A stretch of DNA of 64,000 nucleotides from Terriglobia bacterium (GCA_965223005.1 CBDCVK010000010.1:1568001-1632000), one strand, 5' to 3'. Counted from the first letter of the stretch, positions 19,153 to 28,914 are shown. Numbers and translations are program-made. Notes: generated by a model not told the origin, from the letters alone.

Positions 19153-20397
19153 ATGAAAGTCATCGTAATCGGCCTCGGCAGCGCCGGTGACGTTCACCCC
19201 AACGTGGGCCTTGCTCTGGCTCTACGCCGGCGTGGCCACCAGGTCCTCCTTGTCGCTGCCTCGATCTTCCATTCATTGGCGCAGCGCGCCGGTCTGGAGT
19301 TCGCCGGACTCGGCACCGACGACGAGTACTATGAGGCCATTCGCGATCCGGACATGTGGCATCCTCTCCGGTCCTTTTTTGTGTTGGCTCGACGCTTGAT
19401 CCTGCCTTCGGTGCCCCGGATCTACGACCTCATTGCCAGGCTTAATGAGCCCGGCCAAACCGTCGTTGCCGCCCCGGGCACAGCGCTCGGCGCCCGCATT
19501 GCACAAGAGAAGCTCGGCGTGCCGCTGGCAACCGTGCACCTGCAACCGATCATGCTGCGCAGCACACTCGAGCCTGGTTGCTTTGGCTTTCCGGACATCA
19601 TCGGTCACTTGCCGCGCCCGCTGAGGAGTGCTTACCTACGAGTGGTGGACCGGTTTCTCATTGACCGTCTCCTGGCGCCGGATACAAACGCGTTTCGCGC
19701 CGAACTCGGGCTGCCGCCAGTTCGCCGACTGTTCGATCGCTGGTTTCACTCGCCCCAGCTCATCATCGGACTTTTCCCGGAATGGTTCGCGCCGCCCCCT
19801 CCCGACTGGCCCCCCAATGTTCGTCTCACTGGCTTTCCACTCTGGGACGAAGGAGACCTGCGGCAACGTACTCCCGAGGCGGAAGAGTTCCTCGATGCCG
19901 ACGATGCACCAGTCGTCTTCACCGCGGGCTCGGCTATGGTCCAGGGCAGAGAGTTCTTCCGGATTTCGGCGGAAGTCTGCCGCGCCAGCGGGCGGCGAGG
20001 TTTGTTTCTGACCCAGTATCCTGAGCAACTCCCCGTACGACTCCCCAACGGAGTTCGTCACTTCAACTACATACCGTTCAGTACGGTATTGCCGCGAGCG
20101 GCCGCCTTTGTGCATCACGGCGGCATTGGGACAACCGCGCAAGCACTCGCCGCGGGCGTCCCGCAGATCGTCGTTCCCTCAGCTCACGACCAGCCGGACA
20201 ACGCTGTGCGCATCCGGCATCTTGGGGTCGGAGATTTTCTTCTACCGAGGGATTACAAGCCGGCTGCAGTTCTCAAATATTTGGACCGCCTACTCAGGTC
20301 GCCGGCAGTGAAGGAGAACTGCATACGGCGAGTCGGCGACGTCGCCGACAGCAGATCCCTTGAACAGGCCTGCGATTTGATGGAGCAGCTTCGATAG
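19153..20397 (+). CDS. GT1 family glycosyltransferase (RhlB-like)
   Basis: 'GSAGDVHP' N-terminal motif and 'FVHHGGIGTTAQALAAGVPQ..HDQPDNA' UDP-sugar box. Confidence 0.9.
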   Translation: MKVIVIGLGSAGDVHPNVGLALALRRRGHQVLLVAASIFHSLAQRAGLEFAGLGTDDEYYEAIRDPDMWHPLRSFFVLARRLILPSVPRIYDLIARLNEPGQTVVAAPGTALGARIAQEKLGVPLATVHLQPIMLRSTLEPGCFGFPDIIGHLPRPLRSAYLRVVDRFLIDRLLAPDTNAFRAELGLPPVRRLFDRWFHSPQLIIGLFPEWFAPPPPDWPPNVRLTGFPLWDEGDLRQRTPEAEEFLDADDAPVVFTAGSAMVQGREFFRISAEVCRASGRRGLFLTQYPEQLPVRLPNGVRHFNYIPFSTVLPRAAAFVHHGGIGTTAQALAAGVPQIVVPSAHDQPDNAVRIRHLGVGDFLLPRDYKPAAVLKYLDRLLRSPAVKENCIRRVGDVADSRSLEQACDLMEQLR

Positions 20398-20590
20398 CCG
20401 ACAAGTCGGTACGACACCCACTTCCCTATGAATCCACCGGAATTTATCCCAGGCTGAACTCCATCCTCTCGACTAAGGTGGAAGCACTCTTTCCTAAATC
20501 CACCATCGTCCTGGCCAGTTCGGTGGGCGATCCGGGGCTGCGAGCCGTTCAGGTAGAACTTGAGTAACTGCGAAACACCGCCTTCTCTGG

Positions 20591-20665
20591 ATAGGTCGTC
20601 ACTAACGGGCTAGTGCTTATCAATCCCGGTTTCAGTTGGGCGAATAGTCGGCAAACCGGTTGATA
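20591..20665 (+). repeat. Multi-subsite repeat, copy 6 (A+B, diverged)
   Basis: ATAGGTCGTCAC-TAACGG-GCTAGTGCTTAT caatcccggtttc AGTTGGGCGAATA-GTCGGC-AAACCGGTTGATA; colinear with copy 3. Confidence 0.85.
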
Positions 20666-21179
20666 TCTCTGTGCACCACCTTGGTGTTGAAGCTGGCTTC
20701 CGACAGGCGATGGACAGAACTTCAGGTCACAAGGACGCTAACTCACCTTTTCCTTTACACCGGCCGCGAGGCGATGGTACTCTTGCTCGCTGTTTCGCCA
20801 AGGTAAGGTAAAGTTCGGCCTGTTGGGCTGTGCTCGTTGCAGCCATCTCTATACGGAAAGTAGAGTTAGCGCCTGAGTTGATGACGAAATTGCTCCGCGG
20901 CCAGGATGGGCCGCGCGCCTCCCACCGAGGTTGGCGCAGTTGTTCGCGCCACTTGAATTCCGAGCAGCCCCTGGAAATTCCTCTCCATTGGTGGGTCGGC
21001 GTTGCTGTCGGAGGACGCGATCTGTTGCGGAGAGAAGAGAGTTGCACCATAGCCCCCTCTCGACCCACTCCCTCACCCTCATCCCCTATAGTCTCCGTGA
21101 CACATGCGAATCAAGATGTTCAGTGTTGTCTTTCAACCTCGACTTGCTGAATTACGGCCGGGGCGGTTCATCTTTGTAT

Positions 21180-22547
21180 ATGAAACTAGCCGAAAAGCAG
21201 GGCACTAGCATCCGCACCGCTGTGATGCTGGGCGCCGGCGGTGGACACCGCTTGCGCCAGGTGACGAACGGAAAGCCGAAGTGCCTGGTGAACCTGTTGG
21301 GACTCACCCTGCTCGCGCGCAACCTGCGTGCCTTGAAGGAAGTGGGCATCTTGGATGTCCTCTTGGTGGTGGGCTGTCAGGGCGATGCGATTGAAGAGGC
21401 GGTGGGGCAGCTGGATTGCGACGGCCTCAATGTCCGCTGCCTGCCAACTCCCGACTGGAGGTTGGGCAATGGGGTCTCCTTGATGCGGGCCCAGGCGGCA
21501 GCGAGCGATGAAGCCCGCTTCCTTGTGTTGATGGCTGACCATCTGTTTGAGGTGAACACGCTGCGTGATTTCTTGCTCCGGGTCCCCGACAATGGTCACG
21601 CACATATGCTGGTGGATTTCTCCCCTAACGTCGAAGTGGATAAGGAAGACGCCACCTACGTCCGCGTTTCGGATGACGGTGAGGTTTGCGCCATCGGCAA
21701 GGCGCTGGAAAGAGACCACGGTGTTGATTGCGGCCTGTTTGTCTTCACCCCAGCCATCTTTTCGGCTCTGGAAACGTCTCTTGCTGCGGGAGACAATTCT
21801 CTTACCGGCGGCTGCCGCCGTCTCGCCGAGCAGCACGGCTTAGCCAACGTCCCCTTCAGGGAAGGGTTCTGGCAGGACATCGACACCCCGGCCGACTACC
21901 AGAATGCCAAGAAGAGACTTCTTACGTCTCTGGCCAGCCCCGGCGACGGCCTGGTCGCCCGCCACATTAACCGGAAATTCTCGCGCCCCATCACGGCTTG
22001 GCTCTCACGAACTGCGGTCACGCCAAATCAGGCAACAATTGCGTCTTTCCTCGTGGCGCTGGCGGGAGCTGTGCTGTTTGCAGTCCGAGAACCGCTATGG
22101 GCCGGACTGGCCGTGCAACTGGCGTCGATTGTGGACGGAGTGGACGGCGAACTGGCTCGGCTGAAACTAAGAACGTCGGCCTTTGGCACCCTTTTGGATT
22201 CTTTGCTTGACCGCTACGCTGATGGGCTCATCGTGTTGGCGATGGGCTACTACAGTTACACGCTCTCGCCCGGCTGGGCCCCGCTCTTAGTGACTACGGC
22301 TGCCCTGGTGGGTGTCCCGCTGTCGATGGCGTTCAAGGATCGCTACCGAATCGCCTTCGGTCGCTCCTTTACCAGTCAAGCCGACGACGCATGGTCTCGT
22401 TATCTTCTGCCCAATCGTGATGGCCGCCTGTTCGTGGCGATGTTGGGTGGGGTGAGTGGGTTTGTGCTGCCAGCCCTAGCTTTCACCGCCGTAGTATCAC
22501 ACGTGGTCTTTCTACGGCGACTATTGTTATTGCGAGTTGGAAAGTAG
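21180..22547 (+). CDS. Bifunctional nucleotidyltransferase / CDP-alcohol phosphatidyltransferase (IPCT/DIPPS-like)
   Basis: 'MLGAGGGHRL..KPKCL', 'LMADH' and 'WQDIDTP', fused to 'TPNQAT..DGVDGELAR..G.LLDSLLDRYAD'. Confidence 0.88.
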   Translation: MKLAEKQGTSIRTAVMLGAGGGHRLRQVTNGKPKCLVNLLGLTLLARNLRALKEVGILDVLLVVGCQGDAIEEAVGQLDCDGLNVRCLPTPDWRLGNGVSLMRAQAAASDEARFLVLMADHLFEVNTLRDFLLRVPDNGHAHMLVDFSPNVEVDKEDATYVRVSDDGEVCAIGKALERDHGVDCGLFVFTPAIFSALETSLAAGDNSLTGGCRRLAEQHGLANVPFREGFWQDIDTPADYQNAKKRLLTSLASPGDGLVARHINRKFSRPITAWLSRTAVTPNQATIASFLVALAGAVLFAVREPLWAGLAVQLASIVDGVDGELARLKLRTSAFGTLLDSLLDRYADGLIVLAMGYYSYTLSPGWAPLLVTTAALVGVPLSMAFKDRYRIAFGRSFTSQADDAWSRYLLPNRDGRLFVAMLGGVSGFVLPALAFTAVVSHVVFLRRLLLLRVGK

Positions 22548-22559
22548 CTACTAGCTTTG

Positions 22560-22970
22560 CAAATCAACATCGGGCTCAACTGGTTCGTGGAGCTGAAGCG
22601 CCTCGTCCCCACCCGACAAAAGTGATCTGTCGCCTGGCCTCCGACCCGCGCTTCCAGGAACTGATGCGGCGCATGAACTTCCCGCCGTACGCTTGAGACT
22701 CCCTCCCGTGCGGTAACCTCGGTAGACTCGCGCTCGCGTGCAAGACAGGGCACGGCCCTGCCGCTATTGCACGGTGAGGGTGACGGTGTTGCTGGGGACG
22801 CCGTCCTGGGTGATCACCAGCGGGACTGTTCGGGTCGAGATTGCTGCCAAGACGGGGTTTCTTCCCATGATCGGCCACACGGTCGGCCACTACCCCATTC
22901 TGGAGAAGCTGGGTGGCGGCGGCGTGGGCGTCCTCTACAAAGCTGGGGACACGTTGCTGAACCGCAACAG
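22560..22970. pseudogene. Cluster of four gene-terminus scraps
   Basis: Plus strand 'QINIGLNWFVELKRLVPT*' and 'SDPRFQELMRRMNFPP' (kinase C-termini); minus strand 'VPLVITQDGVPSNTVTLTVQ*' (TIGR03437-like C-terminus); plus strand 'MIGHTVGHYPILEKLGGGGVGVLYKAGD' (kinase N-terminus). Confidence 0.7.
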
Positions 22971-23203
22971 TCGCGACAGGGCGGCGGGTGTGTGCTTTCG
23001 GGCGAGGGAAAGCTCAAATCGGAAATTTCGGCTCAAGGCTGCCGGAAGCCCATTGAGCCTCGTGATCGCGCAGTTGCCCGATATAGTATCTTAACGGTGA
23101 CCGAAGAGTCATACTTGATAGGTTCTTGTGATGGCGGTGGGCTCGACGCTGTTTTAGCCCGAGCGCCCGAGAAGTGCAGAAACCAAAATGGAGGGAGTTT
23201 CGT

Positions 23204-23713
23204 ATGCAGCCTTTGTATGATCCGGAAGCAGTGCGACCGATGTGGGAGGAGTTGGCGCAATGTGGCGTCACACCGCTTAAGACCGCTACCGATGTTGATG
23301 AGGCTCTTGGCAAGCCTGGAACCACGCTTATTGTCGTAAACTCCATCTGCGGCTGTGCGGCTGGAGGCGCCCGACCCGGGGTCACCCAGGCGCTGCAGGC
23401 CGCTGTCATCCCGGATCACTTGACCACGGTTTTTGCGGGGGTCGATATGGAGGCGACCCAACGCGCGCGCGAGCGCATGCCGGAGGTTGCGCCATCGTCG
23501 CCGTCCGTCGCCCTGTTCAAGGACGGCGCGTTTGTCTACGCGCTGGAGCGTCGGCACATCGAGCGCATGACGCCTGATGAGATCGCCGGAGAGCTTGAGA
23601 AGGCTTACCGTCAGCATTGCACTCGCAAGGGGCCGTCCGTGCCCGCCGATGTGTACGGGCAGGTAGTGCACGCGCGGCAGTGTGGATCGCAGATCCCGAG
23701 CTTTAGAGGCTGA
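23204..23713 (+). CDS. BrxA/BrxB family bacilliredoxin
   Basis: 'VVNSICGCAAGGARPG', 'TVFAGVD.EAT..AR' and 'PSSPSVALFKDG..LERRHIE'; GGAG RBS. Confidence 0.9.
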   Translation: MQPLYDPEAVRPMWEELAQCGVTPLKTATDVDEALGKPGTTLIVVNSICGCAAGGARPGVTQALQAAVIPDHLTTVFAGVDMEATQRARERMPEVAPSSPSVALFKDGAFVYALERRHIERMTPDEIAGELEKAYRQHCTRKGPSVPADVYGQVVHARQCGSQIPSFRG

Positions 23714-23935
23714 TACGGGACCATGTCCGGGTTGGTCAAGGAGGTGCCGTGCAAGTTCTCCGGCAAGCTCAGTCGGCCTCGGTGTAGTCACTGAATCGAA
23801 TCCCGAACGCACCACCATAGATTTCGATTTCCACGGCATCAAGAAATTCGTCACCAGTCTCATGGTGGTCGAACTATTGCCCGGAAGAGCTCCCTCCAAG
23901 CCTGCACTTCCAAATCGCCGCACGAACAAATCCCC

Positions 23936-24151
23936 AGGGCAGAAAGCGTAAACCTCCTCCGGGACCATACAGGCGACCTGCGCGGCTTTGGTTTCGTGGA
24001 GATCCAGAACGCCGCGGAAGCCGAACGCGCCGTCAAGGGTCTGAACGGTAATGACTTTCTGGGTCGCGCTTTGGTAGTTGACGAAACCCGCCCCCGTCAA
24101 GGCGGTAGTCGCGGCTGGGGTGGGCGGGGCAGACGCCAACGCAACTGGTAG
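23936..24151 (+). pseudogene. RRM RNA-binding protein, N-terminally truncated
   Basis: RNP1 'RGFGFVEI' followed by 'AERAVKGLNG..FLGRALVVDETRPR' and a Gly/Arg tail. No in-frame start after the TGA at 23792. Confidence 0.75.
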
Positions 24152-24492
24152 CCCTGTTTCAAAAGAAAAGGCTATGCCCTACTGCGGTAAATAGGCGGAA
24201 TAGGCGTTGGCTACAGGTTCATCGCGCTGAGGCGGTAAGCTTCACCAGTCGGTCGGCCTCTCCTATCTTAACTTGATGATGAGGGGAAATGGGGAGAGAG
24301 TGCTTCACCGCGCCGGAGCCGTTCCCCTTCGAGGTCCAGTAATCCCAAGGGAGCGCTCTCGCGGATTGTGCTGGCGGATGTCGAGGGCTTTCTGCCTCAA
24401 AAGGCCCCATTCACCGGCAGTCAGCGTCATCGAGCAGCAAGAACGGTTTTGGGGCTAACAGGCATGTTATCAGGCAAGTAGCTGAAAGATAT

Positions 24493-24567
<75 letters not shown>

Positions 24568-24632
24568 ACCTCCCGCGAGACGTGACCGACGCGGGCAGAA
24601 AAGCCCCCGTGACGGGGGCCGTGGAGAAACCC

Positions 24633-24707
<75 letters not shown>

Positions 24708-24784
24708 GCCAAAAATGATTCTACCGCCCTTGCGGCGCGGGGGTCAATTGTCATCCCGGCTCGCGCAGTTCCTCTGAGGGCCGC

Positions 24785-25795
24785 TCAACCGGCTGGCTCC
24801 AGGGACACCTCGCGCAGGAACTTTGCGGCTTCCTCCGGCGGTGTCGGATTAATGTAGAAGCCGGTACCCCATTCGAAGCCGGCCACCCGGGTCAGCTTGG
24901 GCATCATCTCCAGGTGCCAGTGATAATAGTCGTTGGGCGCTTCCTTCACTGGGGAGGTGTGGAACACCAGGTTGTAGCTGGGCATCTCCAGCACCGTGTC
25001 CACGCGCATCAACAGGTTCTTCAGCGCCCGCGCCAAGTTCTCGTAGAAATGCGTCTGCGAGTTCTCGAAGGCCGACTCGTGCTCCTTAGGCAGGACCCAG
25101 GTCTCGAACGGGAAGCGCGGCGCGTACGGCGCCACGGTCAGGAAGTCTTCGTTCTCGGAGATCACCCGAATGCCGGAATCCCGCTCCTGGCGGATGATAT
25201 CGCAGTAGACGCACCGTTCCTTGTAGGCGTAGTAGCCTTTAGCCCCGTCCACCTCCTCGCGCACTCGCTTGGGCACGATGGGCAGCGCAATCAGTTGGGA
25301 GTGGCTGTGCTCGAGCGTGGCGCCGGCCGGTGCGCCGTGATTCTTGAAAATGAGAATGTAGCGGAAGCGCTTGTCCCGCTGCAGATCGACCATCCGGTCG
25401 CGGAAAGCCCACAGCACATCCTCGACGCGCTTTTCCGGCAGCGTCGCCAGCGTCTGCTCGTGGACCGGCGTCTCGATGATCACCTCGTGGGCGCCGATGC
25501 CGCTCATCTTGTCGAACAGTCCTTCGCCCTGCCGGCTCACGGCTCCCTCGATGCCCAGGGCGGGAAACTTGTTGGGGACTACGCGCACCCACCAGCCGGA
25601 CGAATTCGGCCCGCTCCCATCGCTGCGGTAGGCCAGAATTTCCGGCGGCGTCTTATCTTCGTGGCCGGGGCAAAACGGGCAGAAGCCGCCTCGGATTTCA
25701 GCCGGCTCGACCGAAAAGTCGGTCGGCCGTTTGGCCCGCTCCGTGGAGATAATCACCCAGCGCCCGGTAATTGGGTCTTTCCTCAGCTCAGGCAA
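24785..25795 (-). CDS. galT: Galactose-1-phosphate uridylyltransferase
   Basis: 'ELRKDP..RWV..RAKRP', 'CPFCPG', 'RVVPNKFPAL' and 'NHG..AGATLEHSHSQ'. Confidence 0.95.
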   Translation of the reverse strand: MPELRKDPITGRWVIISTERAKRPTDFSVEPAEIRGGFCPFCPGHEDKTPPEILAYRSDGSGPNSSGWWVRVVPNKFPALGIEGAVSRQGEGLFDKMSGIGAHEVIIETPVHEQTLATLPEKRVEDVLWAFRDRMVDLQRDKRFRYILIFKNHGAPAGATLEHSHSQLIALPIVPKRVREEVDGAKGYYAYKERCVYCDIIRQERDSGIRVISENEDFLTVAPYAPRFPFETWVLPKEHESAFENSQTHFYENLARALKNLLMRVDTVLEMPSYNLVFHTSPVKEAPNDYYHWHLEMMPKLTRVAGFEWGTGFYINPTPPEEAAKFLREVSLEPAG

Positions 25796-25844
25796 CCGCT
25801 TCCTCCTCGGTAAGGCAGCTCGACGGCCATTCCTGCATTGCCGG

Positions 25845-26303
25845 CTATGGCATGCTTCCGTCGGCCTCGCTGAAGGCGTCGCGGAAGTGCTCCACTACGG
25901 GCTCGCCGCTCGCCCGCCGCCCTCGGTTTGGATGCGGATAGACGCTGACGACGTCGAAGCGGTAAGGCACCTCCAGATGGGCGCGACGCCGATAATCACG
26001 CGCCGCCAGCACCAAGTGGCGCCGCTTGTCCCGGTCCACGGCGTCCTCGGCCTGGCGCACTTCCGCCGACTGGCGCGTCTTGACCTCCACAAAAACCAGC
26101 GTCTCGCCATCCCAGCCGATCAGATCCACTTCCCCGCCGACTCCTGCGTGGCGATAGTTGCGCGCCACCAGGGTGAAGCCGCGGTCGCGCAGGTACCAGT
26201 ACGCTAGCTCTTCTCCCTGCGCTCCGAAAGCAGCCTCCGCTCCAACCCAGCCGGCTTGGCGCAAAGAACCGAGCGTGCGGCGGAGCAGGTGCGGCCAAAT
26301 CAC
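25845..26303 (-). CDS. YraN family (UPF0102) protein
   Basis: 'G.QGEELA..YL..GF..VARNYR..GEVDLI..LVFVEVKTR..RFDVV'. Confidence 0.92.
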   Translation of the reverse strand: MIWPHLLRRTLGSLRQAGWVGAEAAFGAQGEELAYWYLRDRGFTLVARNYRHAGVGGEVDLIGWDGETLVFVEVKTRQSAEVRQAEDAVDRDKRRHLVLAARDYRRRAHLEVPYRFDVVSVYPHPNRGRRASGEPVVEHFRDAFSEADGSMP

Positions 26304-26405
26304 GGGGCTCCTCCGTTACGGGACCTTATAGGTGGCAACATGCCTCCGCCGTTAACCTCATTTCATTGTACCGTGCTCGCGCTAGGCCCAACCCGTCCAC
26401 GACGC

Positions 26406-26945
26406 CTATTTCAGCACCTCGAATTCGAAAGTGAGCACCTTGCCTCGTACGATGTAGCAGAGGTAATACTCCCAAAATCGCCGAAAGCGGCGGGAGCGGT
26501 TCACCAGGCATTCGAAGCCCAACCAACGCCACAGCGCGAGCAGCCGCACATGCACACGCCTTTCGAGCAGCTTCTGCCGGGTGTAGTAGCCGAACCCTCC
26601 GTGGTCCTCGCCGAAGTGGCGGAAGCTGAAGCTGTTCAGGTGCCAGCGATGCGTAGGATCACAGAAGGAGCTGAAGTCGGTGTAGTGCGGGGTCACCACG
26701 ACGATTCTGCCACCGGGCCGTGCCAGCCGGTGAAACTCCTTCATGGCGGCCAGCACATCGGCGACGTGCTCGATGACGTGTATGGCCCGCACCTCGTCAA
26801 ACTGGCTGTCCGCAAACGGGTAGGGCGGCCGGTCCAGGTTGCAGAGGACGTCGGCCGCCGTGTCCGGATTGTAGTCAATGCCGATGGCGCCGGCATACTT
26901 GTTGCGCCCACAGCCCACGTCCAGGATCAGCGCTTGAGCCGGCAT
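26406..26945 (-). CDS. Class I SAM-dependent methyltransferase
   Basis: 'LDVGCG', 'YPFADSQFD..HVIEH' and 'DPTHR'. Confidence 0.88.
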   Translation of the reverse strand: MPAQALILDVGCGRNKYAGAIGIDYNPDTAADVLCNLDRPPYPFADSQFDEVRAIHVIEHVADVLAAMKEFHRLARPGGRIVVVTPHYTDFSSFCDPTHRWHLNSFSFRHFGEDHGGFGYYTRQKLLERRVHVRLLALWRWLGFECLVNRSRRFRRFWEYYLCYIVRGKVLTFEFEVLK

Positions 26946-27087
26946 CAGCCGATGAGACCAGTTTCACTGCGAGGAACGCGAAGACCGCACCCCCTTCCCA
27001 ATTATACCCTGCACTCAAAGTCCACCCTCGACTGGATACCAGCGGGGCAACTCTCAGGCCCAACCTTCAATTCCCTCAACCTCCAGC

Positions 27088-28350
27088 CTAACCACCGGGG
27101 GACGCCATCAGCCTCCAAAGCCGTAGCGCACCCATATAGGCGAATAGCAGCAGGGTGATGGTCAGAAGCCCGTTGGTGAACCAGCCGCTTCGAAACTGCG
27201 CCCCCACCCAGCGAAGCCGGTTGTTCATAAGCAATAAGGTCAGGGCCAGCAGGGGCATAAATAAGGCGCCCATGATGGCATAGCCAACTTGGATACGCTC
27301 AACGGTGACCCACAGAAGCCCCAGCGGGACCACCGCAATCGCTACCTGGTAGGCACGGTAGGCCCGGGTTTGAGAAAGGTTCTGCGAAAGATCCACACCT
27401 GGCTGGGAGCGGCCGCGCTGCAGGTTCAGAAAGTCGGCAAACAGATACGGCGCGCTTTGCCAGACACCCAGCAGGCTGGAGAACACGGCGCCCCAGAATC
27501 CCAGCAAGAAAACCCATTTGCCCAACGGACCCAGCGTCACCGCCAGCTCCTCGGCAAGCTGAATCGCAAGGCTGACTCCCTGGCCTTCCACCTGGATCCG
27601 CGAGCCGATGATGACCATCGCCATGCCAAACAGCGCCGTTAGCACGTAGGCCACCGCCAGGTCGATGCGGCAGAGCCGCACGCCGCTCTGCCCGGTGCGG
27701 CCTTTCTCGCGAATCCAGTAGCCGTAGGAAAGCAGGGTCACCGTCCCGCCGACGCCCCCAAGAATGCCCAACGTCCAGGGCAGGCCTCCCTCCGGGATGG
27801 TGGGCCTCAGGATGCCGCTTGCCACCGCCCCCCAGTCGGGCCCCACCAGCGCCGCCGTCACCAGGACGCACACAAACATTCCGCCGATGCAGACCGACAT
27901 GACCTTTTCGAACAAGGCGAATCCTCCGACCCACACCAGCGCCAGGCCTGCCAGCGAATGAATGATGCCCCAGACAATCTTGGAGGTGTTCGCATCGCCC
28001 AGCGGCAGCAGCCCGCTCCCGGCCACGCCGCAGGCATTCACCAGAGCGCCGCCGACCATCAACGTCCACACAAAGAAGTAAGTCAGGAAGACCCACTGAA
28101 TCCAGCTTCCCAGCCGGGTCACCCAGCCCTCCAGCAGTGTGGTCTCGGTGGCCATTTGCCAGCGGGCGATGCCCTCGTTTAGAGTCCACTTCAGCAACGC
28201 GCCCACCACGACCGCCCATAGGATCGCCAGCCCGACCTTAGAGCCGGCCAGGCTGGCAGTCAGCAGGTCACCTGCGCCCACGCCGGTGGCCGCCACCAGA
28301 AGGCCCGGCCCAATCACCCCGCGCCACGAAGTTCGCTGCCCCTCGTTCAT
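27088..28350 (-). CDS. Nramp-like divalent metal transporter
   Basis: 'GPGLLVAATGVGAGDL' and about 11 TM helices. Confidence 0.88.
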   Translation of the reverse strand: MNEGQRTSWRGVIGPGLLVAATGVGAGDLLTASLAGSKVGLAILWAVVVGALLKWTLNEGIARWQMATETTLLEGWVTRLGSWIQWVFLTYFFVWTLMVGGALVNACGVAGSGLLPLGDANTSKIVWGIIHSLAGLALVWVGGFALFEKVMSVCIGGMFVCVLVTAALVGPDWGAVASGILRPTIPEGGLPWTLGILGGVGGTVTLLSYGYWIREKGRTGQSGVRLCRIDLAVAYVLTALFGMAMVIIGSRIQVEGQGVSLAIQLAEELAVTLGPLGKWVFLLGFWGAVFSSLLGVWQSAPYLFADFLNLQRGRSQPGVDLSQNLSQTRAYRAYQVAIAVVPLGLLWVTVERIQVGYAIMGALFMPLLALTLLLMNNRLRWVGAQFRSGWFTNGLLTITLLLFAYMGALRLWRLMASPGG

Positions 28351-28452
28351 TGCTCCAATCGTGGAGAAAGCACCCAAGCGGCCTGCCCGGGCCGTTCTTC
28401 ACCCCGGTGTAGCATACAATGGCCGGTATTTGCGGCCCTGCCACGTTATCTA

Positions 28453-28644
28453 TTACCGTCCAGCTCCGGTCTTTCCTTTCGGGACGGAGAGATCCAGTCC
28501 CATCTGGCCGGCAACGAGAAGCTGCATCATTCGGGAAAAGTCACTGGTGGCTTTATCCGTACCTCCAGCACCATTCCCTCCCATCACAAGGTTCGGGACC
28601 TGACGCTTGGCATACGCGTTCGCCCAGAGCTGCTGGGCTTGCAC
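28453..28644 (-). pseudogene. C-terminal fragment resembling an SPFH/band-7 protein tail
   Basis: 'QQLWANAYAKRQVPNLVMGG..MMQLL..QMGLDLSVPK'. No N-terminal part; lies back-to-back with another C-terminal fragment. Confidence 0.45.
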
Positions 28645-28914
28645 ATGTCGCAGTGAACCTGAAGGTGGCCCATCCGACCGCGGTGCGTACGTATCTGTAC
28701 GCCTTGCAGGAGACCACGCGCTATGCCAACGGGCGAAAATCGGTGGCCGCTTTCCATACCGAAGTGGCCTCCCGGTTCAGCATGGATCCCTGGGATGTCC
28801 TCGACGTGTTCAGCAACACCATCTTTGCTCTGGGAGACTTTGACCCCGCCACCGCCCTAGCGCTGTGGGAGCGCGAAGTGGTCAGCCTGCGCAGGGAATG
28901 ATCCTGCGTCTGGC

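Noticed and set aside
20393-20430. Additional repeat copy (ACAAGTCGGT) after the glycosyltransferase
   Set aside because: Only 10 nt match copy 4 and the arms are not conserved; too weak to call.
1801-20665. Repeat family interpreted as integron attC sites
   Set aside because: GTTAGCG precedes CGCTAAC in copy 4, the reverse of attC order. There are no complementary L boxes, copies occur in both orientations, and no intI is present.
1801-20665. Repeat family interpreted as a CRISPR array
   Set aside because: Copies are mostly kilobases apart, diverged and in mixed orientation; no cas genes are present.
23033-24139. 368-aa minus-strand ORF, and similar long antisense ORFs (2531-3625, 5400-6506, 37931-38926, 38945-40249)
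   Set aside because: These are shadows of well-supported genes on the opposite strand in GC-rich DNA and carry no motifs.
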